Below, piece by piece: positions 44,365 through 56,680 of a stretch of 61,710 nt of DNA. The notes beneath the pieces are model-generated. The model saw only the letters and a program-made list of their open reading frames with translations. It did not search any database and was not told where the DNA came from. A program made the translations under genes and the position numbers. The DNA comes from Aplysia californica (taxonomy: Eukaryota): assembly GCF_000002075.1 (NCBI RefSeq), contig NW_004797581.1, positions 360,685 to 422,394 of the forward strand, given 5' to 3'. The first letter of the stretch is position 1, and every line of letters begins with the position of its first letter.

Positions 44365-47300
44365 CTGAGGACAAAATAAAGAAAAAAAAAGAACGTCAAA
44401 TGGGTCAATGTTTCATGAGTAAGTACATATATAATATGAAGTCAATTGTGATGCACACATTATCGCTGTCGTAAAGCAAGATCAAATTGAGTTTCTCGTT
44501 TTTCTGGTGGTCATGTCGACAAATGATCTTCACTACCATTTCCATCTAGACATAAGTGCCCTTATACTTGCACCAAATTGCACACATGTGCATTTATTTA
44601 CCCACCAATATCACCAACCCTAACATCAAAAGGAGGGCGCATGCTTCAGTAGGGCTACACCATGTCTTTCTCCTATTTAATAGAATTTCACTGTGTTTTA
44701 TAATCCTTAGCTACTCAATGGAAATAACTTGAAAATTACTAAAAGACAACTACACTTTACACATGTAGTGTTGATATAATTTGCGGTTGCAAGAAAAAAG
44801 AGAAATTCCAACAATTTTTACTCATCCTGTGTAAAGTAACATCAAACAAATATTCCAAGCACTACTGTAAGAAGTTAGTTCTGATGGGTTTCAACAGAAA
44901 GTGTTCTCCTTATTCATTTTGTTGCTGTTGTAAGAAAATCTTGTTACTTCTAATCATTACACTTGCCTCCTTGGAAAACAATTAAAAAACATTAAGTGTA
45001 TTTCTGAAGAAAATACTGATCAATACTGAGGGTGTCCATGAAAAAACGGATGAGGTCACAAAAATGGAAATCGTGAGGATACAAATCATATAAAATAAAA
45101 AGCTTTCAGACTAATAAGTTCATTTGTTTGATTGTTGGTTTATTCATTTTGGAAGCAGAATTTGAATGGAAAATCAAATAAAAATTATAACAAACCAGTA
45201 GTCAAGCAGAGAGGAAGTTTTCAGTCTACAACTACATTTGTACAAGGTTTTAAAATAAGTTTCATCATAGTTTTCATTTTGTGACCTTCAGTGATATCTC
45301 ATGGTCTCCTCCCATTCTTGAATCTTTACAGAGACAATACCATTTCTGATAGATTTCTCAGCAGCAATTTGGAAAAGACACATATTATGAAATCGTGTGA
45401 CCTTCAGCCTTCAGTAGAATACACAACTAAAAACACCTATCATACTTAAACCTTTTTCCATGACAATCAACAATGACTAATAATACTTCCCCTAAGTAGC
45501 AAAAACTTTACTCTCATTTGTTACAGCTGTAGATGAAAGGATAGTACCCCGCTGAATGATAGCCAATGCTGTTAACCCCTTTGTTGCCAGGGGGGGTATG
45601 TGTTCCTACAAAACTATCAGCACAGATTTTCAGCTGGGCTTGTTAGCCAGGACAGCAGTCTCATCTATTTCAGTGTCAGTGGATCCACTCGCTGTCTGGT
45701 TCTGGCCCACTCATGCCATATTATTCCAAACCCATGTCTTCAATGGTGTCACCTTCCTCATCGCCATAATTCCCAATATTCTTGTAATTTCAGAAAACTT
45801 GCAAATCTAAGTTAAAAGATAAAATTGTCTGCTTTTTCCAGTCATTTTGGCGTCTACGTTTTGTCAGAGCATGCATTCATCTGCCAAACTAGACCAGTGT
45901 ATATCAATCTTTTGCAAGCCAAGCAGTTAAGTAATATGAGTAAATTTGGTACCAATATGTGCATTTTATCAATTCCTGAAAACAAATACACGCTGAGCTT
46001 GTGGAGAAATCTCCATACAGAAAAATAAGAGCCACATGTTAAATGGGACATACATGTAACTTCTAATAAACAACCAGGAACGGCGTATTTTGCCAACCTC
46101 CGTGACATCCGTGATATGGCACAAAGCTAAAAACAACACATTTTTGGAATGAATCAGTTCATCTTAAGGTGACGAAGAAAGCCATGAAAGTGAACACAGT
46201 TTTTAACTCCTTCCAAGGTTATTTTGAAATTGGGTTGCACATGGAATCTCTACTGCTCTCTTCACGAAATCGGATCAGCCCTATTAGAAAGGAGCCTCAA
46301 TTCAGGGAGACCACCGCTTGAATATAAACTTTCTGTTTTGTTTGTTCATTTTCAAAGAGAAGCAAACAAATCAACCCAGTAATGGTCATTTAGAGTCGAA
46401 AAAAACCCAAGACATACCAACAGAAGCAACAGAGGGAAAGAAAAAAATAGGACCTACCAGTGCCACCCTCCAACCACCCATTCACGGCGTAGAGAGGGAC
46501 CACACCCCATTATAACATGATTAATAAAACTAAATAATATAGACAAAAGTATCTAAGTAGAAAAGTAGCTGTCTTACAGCGTCATTATAAAAAAAAACGT
46601 AAGAGGAAATGGGGAAAGGACGTTAATACAAGTGATTGTCTTATACAGATGGCTGTTAGATCAGGTTCGACCATATTGACTGCTGAGCGCAAGAAGTGAC
46701 GTTATCCACTTTTCAGTTTAGAGAAAAACATGTTTGAAATTTTGATGACATTGAAATCTCTATTACATAGTCAAAACAGAAAAGCTATTACCTCCATACC
46801 GGATCAAGCTATGGCTTAGATATTTACAGAGGTAAAAGAGCGGCTTAAAATCTCACTACCTATATTAATTATTCCATTTTGACCAAAAGTGGATATAGTC
46901 ACTTCTTGTGCTCAACCAACGATATATGAAGAGGTACTCACAGTGTCACTGCCAGGCTTCCAGCCAGCAGGGCACACTTCGCCATGTTTGTCCGTGTACT
47001 GGAAGGCTTGGACCAATCTCAGGGTCTCGTCTACTGATCTCCCAACAGGCAGATCATTCATGGTGATCTGTCGCAGAGTTCCCTTGGGGTCAATGATGAA
47101 GAGTCCTCTGTGGAAATAAAGAAACAGCAATACATACTGACTGCTCAGTGTAAGATTCCCTCATTATCGTTTTTCAAAATGAATAGAGGAGTCAAACACC
47201 TAGCAGATGATACAAGGCTACCTATTCATTAAAGAAAGATAAAAGATAATATGGAATCCATTCAAGTATTGTTACTTAATGTATGTACGAATACGCTTTT

Positions 47301-50300
47301 ACAACGGGACAGATTATGATCAGCGAATATATGTCATCAGCCATCTGTATTGTCCAACAAGGTTTTCAGCTCACTCAAACAGCCCAATATCACTTCAAAA
47401 TTAGAATTGCTGCAATAACTCAGTTAAAAATGTTTTAATTTGATAACGAACAAGCAACAAAACAGCTCCCACTTACCTCAGACTATGCCCCAGATCTTCC
47501 AAATACACACCATAAGCCTTGGAAATTTCGTGTGTGATGTCAGACAGAAGGGGGAAATCAATTTTACCAAGACCACCTTGATTCCTTGGCACATTTGTCC
47601 TGAGAATTTGAAAGACGCAGAAAATAAAAACTCCACTACCAAGAGTGTGCCCTTTTCAGAACAGTGAGAAACTAAATGAAAATATGGTGACAAACAATAT
47701 TAATAAGCACATTTTTGTTACATACATTTTTTGCCGCTGTCACAAGAAAAAGTAGTAACTATAATTATAAATACCAACACTTATACAATTTCTCAAAGAA
47801 TATTTTCCTCTCAGTTATTAGTCTAAAAGAGTAATCTGTTGACAAGTGTCTCTTTAATCCACATACATGACATTTATGATTAAAGAATAATAACTTGCTA
47901 TGAGAATAACAGGGGAACAAACTTTAAATCTAAATCGGCAAAACATGTCCATAGTGGAAATTTGTTCATTTCAAAATAAAGCTATTAACCTCTAATCTAC
48001 TGCATGATCTTGAGACATCCAGAACAGGGAACAAAAGAGAAGCACCTGGTCAGGTGCCAGAACTGAGAGACAAACAATAAGGAAACCTAACAAATACGAT
48101 CTGCCATTTTATGAAATGAGCTTATAAATCTCAACAACCCTCTGAAGCCTCCAGTCCCCTACCCCCACCCCCTGAACCTTACACAACTCATGCTTTTGAG
48201 CTTCCTTTAGGTCAATAGCCCGATTTGCATCACATCTGCACGCTGAGGTATGCATTCGGTGCAGAGAAAGGTAAAGGCAAAGTCCACCAGGATAACAGCA
48301 TTAAGTAAAGAAAACATCAATATTTGCATGACACAGTGGAATCGGGTGCTTATAAATTTTTGGGCATATGGAGTCATTGGTATCCTTTCAAAGTTTGTAT
48401 CTGTGAAACACTGCTGACAAAATGAGTTACTTCTCGGATTCAAGCCTTATGGAAATAGATATATCATACTTATAGGTGAAGATTTTACAATTTATAAGTA
48501 TGAAATAATAAAAGGCATGTAATAGTTAAAGAAATATGGCACCCAAAAAACCCCCTACAAATTTGACCCCAGTATCAATTTTTGGCCAATATCTTCATTT
48601 GTGGATTGCGAGAAGTAACTCATTTTTTTCAGCCCACTCCACATTTGTCTTTTGATGAAAAAAATACCCATTTCTTTTGAATAGAAATCAATATGGTTGC
48701 CACTGAAGGATAAGGGGAGTCGGCTGGTGTCGGAGGCAAAATTAGCACCAAAAATGGCAACAAAAAATTGGTGATTTTCAAAGCTTGAGTGTCCTTGAAA
48801 CTGCAAAATTTACATTTGTTGTGCTTTTCATCAAAGTTTCTCAGTAAAATCCACACAGAAATGTGTACTTAAATGGACATCAAAGCTCTTGAGCCAATCC
48901 CCCCCCCCCCCCAAAAAAAAATTAATTAAAAATTAAAACAAACAAAAAATCTAGAAAAGAAACTTTCCAATGGGCAGAAAATTGTCTGCTTCTTCAATTT
49001 CATTATTTGGACAAGCGTCCGATTTCACCACAATGCAACACATAAAATGAATAACAACTGTGAGTGCATTATCTGTCCTCAGAGAAAGTTGCAAGAAAAG
49101 TTGCAAGACTTGTATAGCTAAAACAATGCCACGGAACTATTGGAATACATTGTTGCTATGCTCATTGCAATCAAAAGTAACTAATATGAGTTTTGTTCGA
49201 TCAAATCAGACGTTAAATATGTGAATGTCTACCAAAAAAAACAACAACAACAAAAAAACTGCATCCGGAGTGTACGAAAACAGTGTGTCCCCTGACACAT
49301 GCGTCAGGTCTTTAAACTCTCGCTGATGTTGGGCAGGTGTGACCAGCATGGTTTTGGGGCTATTCAAATATAATCTTACACTTTGTTTGGAATATTTTGC
49401 CCCCCCCCCGCTTTGCACTTTTTTTACTTTCCTGCCCCCCCCCCCCCCCCAATCCTGTAATATTACGTTATTCCCTTTTATAATATTATGGCATTTATAT
49501 TGCGCAAATCCGTGCTACAATCACTCCTCTATGCGCTTTACTTTTAAATTATTAATTATAGTATTTATGAAAAACATGCATACACACAAGTGACATAATA
49601 ATTAAATAAGGTACAATAAGCGGAACTTGTCCAGAAAAACTTACGGTGTCATTTTACCACTTTAACCGCACCAGTGAAATCAAAATTAGACTAGATCTAC
49701 ATGTCATGTAGCCCAAATATCTCCCAGTGTATAAAGCGCGAGATGACATATTATATATATATCGTGCTTGCCGCTCGAGGTCCACTGTATCGCCACAATG
49801 CAGTGCTTACCGCTCGAACTTACTCTAAGTGAATGGTGTAGATCTAGTTACTCTCTTTTTATGTTATTAAAAAGAAAAATTACGTTGTCATAAATTATAT
49901 TTTCCTTGATTATTTTTTCACCTTACAAAAGTGTAATCTTACATTGGTTCAATCCATGTCTAGATCTACCCTTCTAGCCTAAAATTTGATGTCTTTCACA
50001 AATTTTTATACTAGATCTAGATCTATCTACCTGGTGCTTCGGTACCAAGCAAACTAAGTAATCAGATGACCGTGTTTACGATAGATATTTACTCTAGATC
50101 TAGATCAAGCTAGACTAGAAGATGATTCAGTCCAAACAAGACTATTGGGTCGGTTTGCTCGCCAGATTGATGGCTATCGTGGCACAAGTCGATCACACCC
50201 GACTCGTTGTTTTCAGGTGACGAGTCGGGCGATCATCCCGACCCGACCTGACCCGGCACGGGTCACTGGGCGGCGGCAGGCACCCCGAAATGCAAAGGAG

Positions 50301-53300
50301 CGAATTGTTCCCCTTGGCGTCGTTATTTTTAGTCGTGGAAGAAAATTTCTGTGATTTTTAATTAAATTTTATTATTACTTTCCCAAATTTTGTGGGAAAT
50401 TGGCTAAAATTCGTGAATTCACGAAAATGGTAAAAGTTGCGCGCGCTACTTGCGGGTTGCGGGCGCGAATTTCTTTGAGGACAGCATTATGAAACTCAGA
50501 TTACAAACACATAATGCTAATAAATGAATTTACCAGGCCAAATGAGTGAACTGAGAATCCACAGAGCATCCAATGACCTCAGTGTTAATCTTTTTGAACT
50601 CTGCCATGCGGTCACTGTAGGCGATAATTTCAGTGGGACAGACAAATGTGCTGGGGACAAACAAAGCAAAAACTGTAGAACCAACAGGCCAGTGCAGACA
50701 TATGCACTATATGAATACAATCTATTACCATCATATAGAGGCATTTTAAAGCATTTGTGTGTTTTCCTAATATAAGTAAGCATGTACCTAAATACATTTT
50801 TTACTCTTTTGACAGGTGAAGTTTAAAGCCCTTATACATAAACAGAAAATGTCAATTAAGGGTACGGCACTTCTGACTAGCTCCATAATCAGGAGCACAT
50901 GTTGAGAAGGAGAGAGATTCCAAAAAAAGGGAAATATTCCGACCCACTTTGATTAGAACCCTTGAACTTCCAATGGCTGCAAAGTTTGTAGACAAACCGC
51001 TGCAGTGGCCAATGTGATACAACTGAATATGTCTCGCAATTTCACGCAAATTGTTTCCAAACCTAGTCTCTCAAAAGCCAGCAAAGGCAACACTGTAAAT
51101 AAGCTTTGATGCGTAAAGATTCAGTTTATGACTCCTAAACAAAACTGTTATTCAATTAAATAAAATCTTATTACAGTATATATAAAACAGAGAAAAAGCA
51201 CATTTTATAAGATGCAAAAAGTACCTGATAACATTTTCAAAATCTGGGAATGTTACCGTCTCTGAAGTTGCTCTGTCTTATGGTCACTCAGTAACAAAAA
51301 AGGGGGGCCAAAAACGAAAGTATTTTGGAAAAAGAGGATTTCTTGAGAAATTAGTAAGTACACATCTTGTAGCTAGATTCTATATTCTGTTAGGAGTAAA
51401 CAAAAATTTGCACACGAAAATCAATTTCCTTTGACGAGTTAACATAAATACAGGTTTCATTATCGTAAAAAAAGAAATACTTACAAGTCAAGGGGATAGA
51501 AGAAGAAGACCAAATATTTTCCCTTGTAGTCAGACAGCTTGATGTCCTTGAATTCTCCCTTGATCACTGCAGTTCCATTCCAGTCAGGTGCAGGCTTTGA
51601 AACTGAAAAAAACCAAGTGAAGAAATAAAGACGTATAACGTAAAGTAAAATGAAGGTAACCTGAACACATACTCAGCAAAAAGCAGCAGTGGTCAGAAAG
51701 AGGATGGTTGGGAAAGGGGGGGGGGGGGGGGGGGGATTATTCTTTATCTCTCTCATCTTTTCCCTCGTCCTCTTTATAATCTCAGGACTTCAATTTTTTT
51801 TCCATTTAAATATTCATAGTGCTGGCAGCTTTGCAGGATACTATATATATATATGATAAAAATAGTTCCTAACTTGAGCCATATAAAATCAATAACTATT
51901 TCCTCATGCAAGCCTCTGTCAATAAACAAAAGCTGCATGCTTCAGCGAAGTTAATGAGCACTGACTACCTTACTGACCACTTTATATAACTTAATGGCTG
52001 ACAAAAAGCTGTAGGTTAATTTCCTACATGACGATCTGGACAGTGGGCAACAGATGTTGAGCGAGGTAAAAGTAACCACAGGTGTTACTGTTACAACAGA
52101 ATTCATTAAGAGATACAAAATATTGAAGGCTTCCACAGCCTCGCTTTAAAGCTTGGCAGGGAAAAGAGGTTGGTCCCTCCTTCCACACTTGTGTTTCATG
52201 ACAGAATTCCCTCCTTCCACACTTGTGTTACATGACAGAATTCCCAGATTCACACCCAAAGTTGGGGAAGACAATAAAAGAAAAAAAGGAGACGAGATGT
52301 CAACATCGAACAGGCATTACAGAAAAATAACTGTCAAATGAACAGAACCACAGGAAAAATTTCTTTTTAAACTCCGGTCTAAAGTTGAATATTTGAATAT
52401 TTTCTTACTATAGCTAAGCTTGTCCGCAACATGGGCGCTGCATTGTGCAGTATTTCCACTATAAATGCCCCACTGAGAAAAGCCCTTAGTCCAGAAATTC
52501 ACAAACCCATCAATCAAAATTGAACCATTTAGCAATGCTAGAGAAAATTTGATTTTTTTGCTTTAGTTAGCCCTTTTTCATTTGGTACCTAAGAAAGGGT
52601 TTTCTATTCTTAGAATTATGCTTTTTTAATTTAAAGGTTCCATTCACAAATAAAAAAGTGACTGGTTGACCAGTGCAGCAAAACATAGAAGACCTACATA
52701 TAGGAAAATACTCTCAATAAGTGGACCATGTAACAAAAGATTCTAGACGAAAATCTATGACATCTCAGTAATTAATTCGAGCGTTTGAAGCTAAGACAGT
52801 TGATGTTTTCAAAGTAAATCACTTTTTAATGAATTTTTTCCGGTCATAAAAAGTAGACTTTTTTGGTACTTTTAATACACATAGAATAATGTGTAGAGAG
52901 AGAGTATGGACCTGTTTTTAGTCCTTTTCAAACAGAAAATATTATAAAAACTTTGAACTAATTCACTTACAGCGATGAAACTTGGCACCTTACCAAAACT
53001 GTTTATGCCAAACTCAGTCATGAGCTTGGATTTTATAATCATCTAATTAGCATACATTAGCTCATTAGCATTTTATGCAACATCACAGCAAAAATATTCT
53101 GAAAATTAGTGTAACATGCAATATTTTTCTATCCTACCATTACACAAATAATACACTATCCTCTGTATTATATAGATTTAGATGTTTACACCCTCATCTA
53201 TAAAAATTTATATCATTCAGAAGGCGGGCTGCTTCAACTTTGACCCTGCCTGTTACAACCAACCTAGGTTGAGAGGGATGCAACTTCCCAGCAGAAAGGT

Positions 53301-56300
53301 AGAGATACTTAAAAATCAGTCATAGGGGAATTGGAACATGTATTCATGTCTTTTCTGTGAAAGAAGAGGGTGAAGCAACGAACCACCAAGTTTAGGCCTT
53401 CACTGCAATTTTGCTGTTGCTGTCCTGGCCCCGACATCAGTTTCTGTACCTTACAGTCAGGCAAATGATTCCCCCTTCTCTCTCTATCTCATTTAAAATG
53501 ATTAAATCTCAGGTGCTTAATTCAGAACTTGCTATCTGGTCTATGCAGATCATTCAGAATCAATGCATTTACAGTCACCCTGGCCTTAACAATTCTGTGG
53601 AAATCTTTTCCTGGTGCCCTATGGACACCAGACCATGGTCATAGTGAGGGGAGAAGCATTCTTTATCTCCTTAGTAGTGACTGCAAAATTTGTTCCCTTT
53701 CCTTCAAACTGTCTGTAACTGTAAGTAAACATCTATTTCCCAGAATTTCTCTTTCCTGTTCTCAGGAATTTTCTCATCCCTCATTACTGAGTGATAGATC
53801 AAATGTCTAAAGCTAGTATAATAATATTTAGATTCTAATAACAAAATGTAAAGAAGCATAGATCTACAGGCCTCTCATTTCTCATTGGAATTCAGTCATC
53901 TGCAAATGCTACTTGGCGGGTAGGTCAAACATCCCTGCAGTTAAAAGGTTGAATAAAGCTTTCTTTTATTTCATCTTCAATCAAATCCTCCAACAACCTT
54001 GCCTTTGCACCCCAATTTTCAAGTTTCAGCTGGGCTTTCGATTTTTTCTAGGTGTATGAGTATGAGAGCACAAATGCTTCTATCATGACGAGAAACTGGA
54101 TTTCCTGGTCAGCGCTGGCTTCTCTCACATTCATTATAATATCTAAAGAGAAGTTGCAGTCTCAAGTAATACTGCATCGATCGATAACCGGAGGTTCCCG
54201 ATGGCGGCGGCCGAAGAGAGCTGCGTGGAAGGCGCCTAATTTGCAATCAAGCTAATTTTGAATCAAATGTGAATGGCTTCCAAACACAAACGTAAATATA
54301 GGCTATATAAAAAAATAAATGTGTACTTATGTTATATGCCTAGTGTAGTTTCAACATCTCCGTGACTTTCCCGGCTTTTAAAAAGCCTTCTCGATTTTGA
54401 GAAGCTGCAAACAGCGAGTTTTTTATATTGACTTGAACCGAACTTAGTTTGGCCTCTTCTCTAATAGTTTGCCAAGTTTGAATACTATGGGACGCCATCT
54501 TCATGTCTAAACCAAAACTCAAAGAGGGTAACCCGATTATAAATCAGTCTGTAGCCACCTCACACGATAGCACTGTGCACAGCATCCCGTTCGCGACAAG
54601 CCGCGACGGTTGGGATCAGCTCTTCGCTACTTTCACAGCATCTATTTGGATGACACAATCCTTCTGAAGAACAATTTTCCCTATTTACAAACATGTATTG
54701 CATGTCGACTTACACCAAGAAACAAAACAGTCACCTTCGGTTTTCATCATTCTATAAATAGTAAAATATAATGCAACTTTATGCAAACTGCAAAGATGCA
54801 ATCGTCTAAAACGAAAGAGAAGTATGTCATTCTCAAAAAGAAAAAGTGGACAGAACATAATACACATAGAAGCTTAAACGGACAGGTGTGCCAACAGATG
54901 CAGCCCTGTTTGGTAAAGTTGCTATTTTAGTTTTTATAGGTTAGACAAAAGACATACAAAGCCCATGTACTGCAATCTACTCTAAGATTTTTCTTCCACA
55001 TATTAGTATTATTTATCAACATTTGGCCCCTAAAAGTGCAGCGTCTAAACTAAAATAATTAGAATGACTAAGAACGCTTTTACTATGACATGATGACTTC
55101 TTCTGGTGGTTCACTCACATTCTCTTGTTTTTATTCTACAAGAAGTTTTTAAACTGAGCACGAATCTCAGGGTGCTTCTGTTTTCAAACACAAAAGGTAT
55201 TATTTAACCCTCATCCTGCGGGGGGCGGGTTTATGTCGCCCGATAAGACTATTTCGGCACCTCGCCTGCATTCTGGTCCCGAGTCAGTCTAGCCCCTGGC
55301 TCAGTGCATGCGTGCCGAGCATCATCTCACGTTCAATTCGGGTCCCGCGTCGGATCAGCATTCACGCATGTCAAGTGTGTGTGCGTCAGTCTGCTTGAGT
55401 TTGTGTGCGTTTGCTGTCTTCTTCTAGAACCGCCTGCATTGGTTCGTAATCAAGGCATACATTTAATTTCAAAGCACGCCAAGTTGGTAGTTCTAGATGT
55501 TCGTCTAATGAAATTTATAAGAAATTGATCCACTTAAACATGAGGAGCTCGAAAGGATAGTCAGGAAACAAGACTTCCATTTTTCAATACAAAATCTTTC
55601 AAATGAGCTTGATTTTGTATGAAATGATACTACCTGAAAAAAAAATTTAAAGTTTGTTTGATAGTTTTGAATACCATTGTCATTGTGCGGGTACAAAGAA
55701 CACTTTGTTGAGTGCAAAACATTTGAAAATTGACCAAAATTATCCCCTTTTGAACCTCAGGTCATTCATAACAACAAGAGCGTCTAGAAAGGTTATATTC
55801 GAATGGGCGTAACTACTCGTAATGTCTTATACAGCTTGTGAGAGGGGGTTATTCATGTCATGAGTATAGTATAGTAACAGTAACACTTTATGAATAGAAA
55901 GCTATAAGATAGAGCGTTATTTTCATCATTGATTAACACACTCCCGCGGTATTCATGGCGAAAACACACGATTCCCGGCACGTGCGCTGCACACCAACAG
56001 TACACACTCACACTGAGTGACCCCGGCGGCCTGCCCGGAACGTCTGACGTTTCAGTTGCTGATAGTGATAGGCCTAAGATTCGCATCGGGAGGACTTCCG
56101 TAACGAGCGACCACCCCATCAAACACAATAAAGAAGAGGCCTAGACCTAACCTTACCCCTACCCCTACCCCAAGCCCAAGCCCTCAATTCTGCTGTCTCA
56201 CTATTATTATTATATATAGTGGTCGCTCGTTACGGAAGTCCTCCCTTCGCATCTCAGCACAGACGCAGGACAACAGTTAAAAAGGAACTTTAATTCTCCT

Positions 56301-56634
56301 TTTTAATATAATAGTAGATCTCTAATTATAGGCTGGTGTTTTTCTTACTTTTTAAAAGCCTCTTCTCTGTCTCGCGGCTCTGCAAATCATCATGACAGCT
56401 TTTTTTTTGCAGTATCTAGTAGTAGAATGCAGAAACAGTGAATTATTACCAGATCCACTTACTGACAGCTTGACTCCATTGAATAGTATGGCCAATAGTG
56501 CGTCGAGTTTCTTGTGGGTAGACTTGTCCCCCTGCATAAGAGTGGCATGAATCTTCGCTTGCAATTGCCAAACCCAAGCAAGAGAATAGCAGAAGACCGG
56601 TAAGCGCAGCCATCGAGCTCATGTGTGTCGCCAT
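44302..56634 (-). CDS. PRDX4: Peroxiredoxin-4 (secretory-pathway typical 2-Cys peroxiredoxin), complete spliced CDS, 6 exons, 252 aa
   Basis: Hydrophobic signal peptide, Prx4-type N-extension ([12 protein letters not shown]), [15 protein letters not shown] (peroxidatic Cys), [12 protein letters not shown] (resolving Cys) and YF motif. Exons sum to 759 nt with consistent phases. Confidence 0.96.
45028..45311. mobile_element. MITE with GAGG termini
   Basis: gagggtgtccatga...gaggtcacaaaaatg vs right end (rc) gaggagaccatga...aaggtcacaaaatg. Confidence 0.55.
46942..47107 (-). CDS. PRDX4: PRDX4 exon 5 (resolving Cys)
   Basis: ccacag| GLFIIDPKG...[39 protein letters not shown] |gtgagt; 166 nt. Confidence 0.96.
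47477..47599 (-). CDS. PRDX4: PRDX4 exon 4
   Basis: tctcag| [40 protein letters not shown] |gtaagt; 123 nt. Confidence 0.96.
48402..48635. mobile_element. MITE, inverted copy of 40282-40520
   Basis: Same TIRs; interior is the reverse complement of the 40282 copy. Confidence 0.8.
48636..49044 (-). mobile_element. TGTG-terminated DNA-transposon-like repeat copy
   Basis: gacaagcgtccgatttcaccacaatgcaacacata terminus plus internal family motif. Confidence 0.55.
50534..50650 (-). CDS. PRDX4: PRDX4 exon 3 (peroxidatic Cys)
   Basis: ccccag| [14 protein letters not shown]...[11 protein letters not shown] |gtaaat; 117 nt. Confidence 0.96.
51485..51602 (-). CDS. PRDX4: PRDX4 exon 2
   Basis: tttcag| [38 protein letters not shown] |gtaagt; 118 nt. 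Confidence 0.96.
52174..52245. repeat. 34-bp tandem duplication
   Basis: tccctccttccacacttgtgtt(t/a)catgacagaat x2. Confidence 0.9.
53400..53800 (-). mobile_element. Highly decayed RTE-like LINE reverse transcriptase fragment
   Basis: Residual VMRDEKIPE and EGKG resembling the RT N-terminal IPxxW...KGKG segment; many frameshifts. Confidence 0.35.
56088..56245. mobile_element. 158-bp MITE with perfect 27-bp TIRs and 8-bp TSD
   Basis: gggaggacttccgtaacgagcgaccac inverted at both ends; TSD ttcgcatc at 56080-87 and 56246-53. Confidence 0.93.
56463..56634 (-). CDS. PRDX4: PRDX4 exon 1 (signal peptide)
   Basis: aacaagATGGCG start; [57 protein letters not shown] |gtaagt. Confidence 0.92.
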
Positions 56635-56680
56635 CTTGTTACACGTATCGAAGCTAGAAGATCGAAAGTCGAAAGTGTTA
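56629..56680 (-). promoter_or_regulatory. PRDX4 start region: YY1-like AAGATGGCG overlapping the ATG and TCGA-rich 5' leader
   Basis: cgccatctt at 56629-56637; several TCGA motifs immediately upstream. Confidence 0.4.

Noticed and set aside
49280-50490. CpG-rich segment with a 10-bp hairpin (50198-50229) in PRDX4 intron 3
   Set aside because: Probably a transposon relic, but no convincing TIR pair or TSD was found; no ncRNA evidence
55204-55852. TTAA-CCCT-starting element (similar start at 45572)
   Set aside because: The matching right terminus is too degenerate to define an element
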